A stretch of DNA of 64,000 bases from the human T2T-CHM13v2.0 reference genome, Homo sapiens, in the NCBI RefSeq assembly GCF_009914755.1, contig NC_060931.1, one strand, 5' to 3'. Shown here piece by piece: positions 58,289 to 64,000 of the stretch. Each line of letters starts with the position of its first letter. Within the stretch, counting starts at the first letter, position 1. Under the pieces are notes generated by a model. The model was given only the letters and a program-made list of their open reading frames with translations, was not told the DNA's origin and did not search any database. The position numbers were made by a program, and so were the translations under genes.

Positions 58289-61221
58289 ATACAGTGGAAA
58301 CCCTACTTACGTTTATAAGTCCTTATATCTTACAAATAAATGGGTGTGTTCATTATTGGCCGCAGGTCATACCTATCCTTTTTAAACAAATATGCACGTA
58401 TCAGTGTGCAAATTCCACAGTTTTTATAAAGGGGTACACCATCAAAATAAACCTGGAGCAAACAGCTGGGACACAGCTACGGCAGCTGGCATGGGCATGG
58501 CCCTGGCGCCACAGACTGCTGCCCGGAACAGACAGAGGAACCGGGAGGGAGCTGGGGCCCCAGCCTGGAGCATGGGGGAGGGAGGCGCTGGACCTCCGGG
58601 GCCATGGGGAGATAGGAAGCCACGTGTCCCCAGCAGGACATGTGGGAGGAGGAAATCCAGAAGGGAGAGCTGCCCCAAGTCCCGGGACAGCGGAGGCTCC
58701 TCCACCAGCCTGAGGAGGGAACGGGTGGGTGCCGCCTCCAGTGCCTGCATCTGAAGGCCGAGCCGTCCCTGCCCTGGCACCTGCTCCCAGCCACTGCCTA
58801 CCCTCCTGCTCTGCCACTGACAGCTACACGTCTTGCGACTTTGGTTGTTGGGAAAGTTGAAAGCAAGTAACACCCTCTTCCACATTGCTGACATTAGCTC
58901 AGGCATCAGAAGCAGAAGCCTCGGGATCTGCTACCTGGTAGCAGGCCCTTCCTGAAAACCGGTGAGTTTGGAGGCCGCGGAGGCCCATGCAGACGGTGAG
59001 GCTGGGACCAAGAGTCCTCCGGGCGGGGGCAGAGCACAGGGCAGGTGAGGCAGAGGCAGGAGAGCTGCTCCCTGGCCACTCCAAAGGCCTCAGCACCTCC
59101 TGTAGGTGAAGGAGTCCAATATTCACCAGGCATTTACTCAGAGCCTGCTGTATGCAAGGAACTGTGCCAGCCGCCGGTGAACAAGGGAGAAAAGGGCCTG
59201 CCTCAATGCTATGAGCCGGACGCCGGGGATGATCTGGGTTCCGGGAAGTAGAGAAGCTGTGTGAAGGCCCCAAGGCCCTGGCGGGCGGCAGGAAAGCAAC
59301 GGGGAAGCAGAGGAGGCTGCAGAGGTGGGGCCCATCTTCCCCGCACAGCACGTTCCAGCCAGGGCCTGGGGACACGGGTTATGGGGGTGCCCCAGGCCAA
59401 CAGGGTACAGGGCCAGGGACAGCCCCTGGGTGAAGCCAGGGAGCCTGTGACCCAGGCCCTGCATTCTGGGCTGCAGGTTTCAGTAGGCTCCTGTGACCGA
59501 GCTCTCCAAGTGTGATTTGCCACCATTAAGTGGACGCAGGCCATGACTCCTCAAAAAAGAAAGTAGACCTGGCTTCCACAGTGCTCCAGGGGCACCCGAT
59601 TCTAGCCACCCTCAACACGGAGACCCGAGGAGACAGCCTTATCTCAGCAGCACCATCCAGAAATGCCCTCATCGGGGTTTCTGATGACACACCTGCCACC
59701 AGCACCCTTCTGCAGAGGGAGGCAGGGCGGGAGGGGTCAGGGCTGCACCCGGGTGCCCGCAGACAGGGCACTCCCACCAGGGCCAGAGCCCACGAGCACT
59801 GCTGCTCCCAGCCCACCTCCCCCAACACAGTGCTGTGGCCATCTCCTCAAATCTCCCTGAAAGGGCCAGGAGTTCCACAGCCTCACCTGGAACTGTCCAG
59901 AAAGTCCCACCCATGGGCGGGTGGGGACAGGACTGTGGTCTTTTCAAAGAGCCAAGAGTAAAGATGGGTGACCTGAATCCAGTGTAACGCAGCCTCCAAA
60001 CTCCACGCACCTGAGGCAGAGACGGCGGTCGGGCGCACGTGGAGGGCTCGGGCTGGTGGAGGCGGTCCACGCTCCCACAACCCAACCTTCATCATCTTCA
60101 CACTGGAGACGGGTAAAATGCATTGTTTTGATTTCACCGTATTTCCTAAAATTGCTTTTCTCCCTGGAATTTTTTTCTGCCACAGCCAGGTCCAGCTCCC
60201 TCTCGGAGGGAGAGTGCAGCAGTGTCTGTGACAAGGTTGGCTTTCTAATAACTGTGCAAATGGCTTTGTCCCATAACAAAGTGGACATTCTTTCCTGAAT
60301 GGATGTAATAGAAATGTCAGTCTAGAAAGGTAATGGGAAAGGGCGATATATTAACACCTGGAAATTAAATTCCAAAGCCGAGAGAACCCTGCTTATCTGT
60401 GGAGGGAAGAGGCCCTCTCACTGAGCAGAGCAAACACGACCCTGGAAGCCGGGCTGGCCAGCGTCTCAGGGCCCCTCCTGCAGGCTTTGCACCGATCCAG
60501 GTGTACGTGGAGGGATGTGCTTTAAGTATGAACAAAGCAAGGTCTGAAGCTGAACTTGAGCTGCGCTCGGCTGGGCCGTGCCCTCGCAGTGATGGGAGAG
60601 CGGGGAACACATGCGGTACTCAGGGCTGCTCCTTGGACATCCCCAGAGGCTAAAGCCCAGGAGACAAGATGGGTTGCATGGGTCACAGTAGCAGGAGGAG
60701 CCGAGCGGTGGGGCCGGGACTCAGGGACGACGGCAGGGCCCGAACTCCATCTGTCCTGTGTTCACGTACACAGTGCAGAGCTTGTCACAAAGGGCGGGGG
60801 CAGCAGAGACAGAGGAAGCGGGGCCAAGCCTCCCTCCAGGCACTAGGCAGGCAGCACAGCGAGGCGGTGCGTGCCACGACAGCACCAGGCAGAGGCACGC
60901 CACAAACCCTGACAGAAAGCAGGGAGTGAATGAGCACACGCCAGGACGTGTGTCCTCTCGGAGGCAGACAGTGAGGACAGCAGGTAGGCAGTGGTCTTCA
61001 GAGGGAGCTGGGGGTGAGCCAGGCCTAGGGCCAGTCAGCAGCATCCACATCAGCTGTGTGACCCGGCCCCTGTGGCCCGCATCGTAGGGCACGATCCAGG
61101 CCTCTGCCACCCCTGACAGAACTGGCCCGGAGCAGCACAGGAGCGCCACCAGGGAACCGGTGAGACATGGTGACCGCAGGCTGCACCCCAGAGCTACCAA
61201 GTCACACTCAGATTTCCACGA

Positions 61222-61413
61222 TCTCTACAAAAACACAAAAGAATTAGATGGGCACGGTGGTGGCACCTGAAGTCCCAGCTACTCGGGAGGCTGAGGCAGG
61301 AGAATCACCGGAGCCTGCGATGTCGAGGCTGCAGTGAGCCGAGACCACACTACTGTACTCCAGCCTGGGTGACACAGAGAGACCCTGTCTCAAAAAAAAA
61401 AAAAAAAAAAAAA
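61222..61413 (+). mobile_element. 5'-truncated AluJ (linker plus right arm)
   Basis: Begins in the A-rich linker; 'gtcgaggctgcagtgagc', 'gagaccctgtctc'; ~A22 tail. Confidence 0.88.
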
Positions 61414-61417
61414 TCTA

Positions 61418-61802
<385 letters not shown>

Positions 61803-62959
61803 CTAAAACGGGGCCACAGAGCTGACCCCCCGACGCCTCAGCGGGCGCCACAGGGAACATGATGACTGTCTGACACAAACCCCTGGAGGGTCACAGAGGA
61901 TGATGCTTTCCAGATGACACAGCAGGTACTGGGTGTTATAAATACTCCCTTCAGTGCTACCTAAGACCAAAAATTTTCAGTATTAAAAAAGAAAGAGCAA
62001 GAGAAATCGTGCCGATCATGAAGCCTCAGACCTAAAGAGGGGTGTGGAGCAGAAGAGACGGCGATCAGAAGCAGCATGGGGCTCGCGCAGGCTCTTCTGT
62101 GGGAGGGATGGAGGCCCTCTGCTCTGCTCTGCTCTGCTCTAGGGAAAGAGGGCTAGATCTCACACCCTCAGGGGAGGGAGGAGCACACAGCCAGATTTAG
62201 GCTCCCACTGGGGCAGAGGAAGAAACCACAGAATGGCTATCCAGGAAAGACGTGGAAGGAAGTACAAGACTGGCTCCACGACCCATCTGCAAAGCGACCC
62301 AGGAGATACCCACGTGAGCGAGGGCGGTGCTCACCTCGAACCAAGGCCCACCACAGAGCTCCCACGGGCTCCCACCCAGCGCCCATTATCACAGAGGGGT
62401 GAAGGACAAGTCCTACTCAACACTAGAACCAGGACAAGGAGTTGGTGTGGCTCCAAGAGGCAGCCCAGGGGGACTGTTGTGGGGCCACAGAAACCTACAC
62501 AAGCGGCCGATCGCGGAGAGGAACACAGGCTGTGCTAACGCCAAAGCCCCTGGTCTTCCCACTGCACCACGACCACCTACGGCATTGCCACGGGGAAGCC
62601 GGGGAGACGTGGCACCTCGCCCCACAACCTTCCCAAGTACCCGTGCAGCTATCATTACCACAAACCAAGCCCCACCACGGTCTAGCACGGCAGATGGACA
62701 CAGCTCTCCCCGCAGTGACCTTCTGGGCTCAGCAAGGGCGCCTGTTCACCGGCTTCCCACACCCTCCCTGACACACGAGCCCTAAAGCGCCTCCCTTTCT
62801 TCACAGCAGCCATCACCGCCTCAACGCGACTGACACCTGCCCCAGCCCCACCTAGAGAGGGGCCCTTGAGCTCCGAGTCTGCTGTGCAGCTCCCTGCTGT
62901 TTTCCACAGCACCTAAATGTGCCAGGCTCACAGGAGACGCACAGTAAGAATCTGGGGAA

Positions 62960-63272
<313 letters not shown>

Positions 63273-63677
63273 TTAATGATCGAGTGAGTGAACTGAGTCT
63301 GGGTTTCTCCTTCTCAATCCCTTTTCAGCTGGCCAGTCCACCTGTATTATATGCTTTGTATGCGTTAAATCCTGCTGGAAGGCCAGACTTTCTAAATCCA
63401 CAGAGAATATCAGAAAATGTTTTGAACTCAACAGTAACAAAAACAACCCGCATCAAAATTTATGGGGTAGGCCTTCGTGACAAAGACTCTTAGAAAAGCA
63501 CAAGTTGGAGAGGATTTCATTAATTCAGTAAAGAGTATCACACAGAACATCTAGCACACACCACGCTTACTGATGGATTACCAAAGCGCCCGTCACAGCC
63601 TGAAGGAGACAAGGTGCCTACTGTCATCATTCCTCCATGACACTGCACCTGGAGGAAAGGGGCATGGAGAGAAGCAG

Positions 63678-64000
63678 GGCCGGAGAGGGAGTGTGGCCAG
63701 AGGAGAGGAGAGGCGCGGGGCTGGAGAGGGAGTGTGGCCAGAGGAGAGGAGAGGAGAGGCGCGGGGCTGGAGAGGGAGTGTGGCCAGAGGAGAGGAGAGG
63801 CGCGGGGCTGGAGAGGGAGTGTGGCCAGAGGAGAGGAGAGGCGCGGGGCTGGAGAGGGAGTGTGGCTAGAGGAGAGAAGCAGGGCTGGAGAGGGAGTGTG
63901 GCCAGAGGAGAGGAGAGGCGCGGGGCTGGAGAGGGAGTGTGGCCAGAGGAGAGGAGAGGCGCGGGGCTGGAGAGGGAGTGTGGCCAGAGGAGAGGAGAGG
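63678..64000. repeat. VNTR, ~41 bp purine-rich unit GGGCTGGAGAGGGAGTGTGGCCAGAGGAGAGGAGAGGCGCG, ~8 copies, running off the window end
   Basis: Tandem units visible; internal GAGAG copy number varies. Confidence 0.95.

Noticed and set aside
57697-58713. 338 aa plus-strand ORF
   Set aside because: Non-ATG start, includes a tandem repeat, no recognisable domain, antisense to MAD1L1.

Overview
Human (primate) genomic DNA: GC-rich, minisatellite-dense and subtelomeric in character. I recognise it as intronic MAD1L1 (MAD1 spindle-checkpoint gene, 7p22.3), transcribed on the minus strand. Only two real coding exons are present, 20063-20203 (141 bp) and 7557-7613 (57 bp); both are phase 0 with canonical AG/GT ends. 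The rest is intron. It holds about 15 Alu copies or fragments, a ~9 kb block of old nested L1 (26.2-35.1 kb), a nested Tigger1/L1/Alu/LTR block (42.9-47.4 kb), MaLR/ERV LTRs, MIR/L2 remnants, at least 12 tandem repeats and several AT-rich homeobox-motif islands that look like conserved enhancers. Nearly all ORFs in the track are artefacts of GC content or repeats. I cannot demonstrate a new biological system from sequence alone. The best leads are all hypotheses. (1) A very homogeneous 55-bp x ~24 VNTR is stop-free in all three frames on the MAD1L1 sense strand, with a plausible acceptor at its 5' edge and an AATAAA downstream. (2) The two exons would give stop-free, in-frame circular RNAs, and inverted Alus flank them. 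(3) A 41-bp VNTR forms an array of 3' splice-site-like units. (4) The TAATTA-rich islands may be enhancers. Repeat subfamily names come from remembered consensus sequences and need RepeatMasker confirmation; repeat boundaries are approximate.
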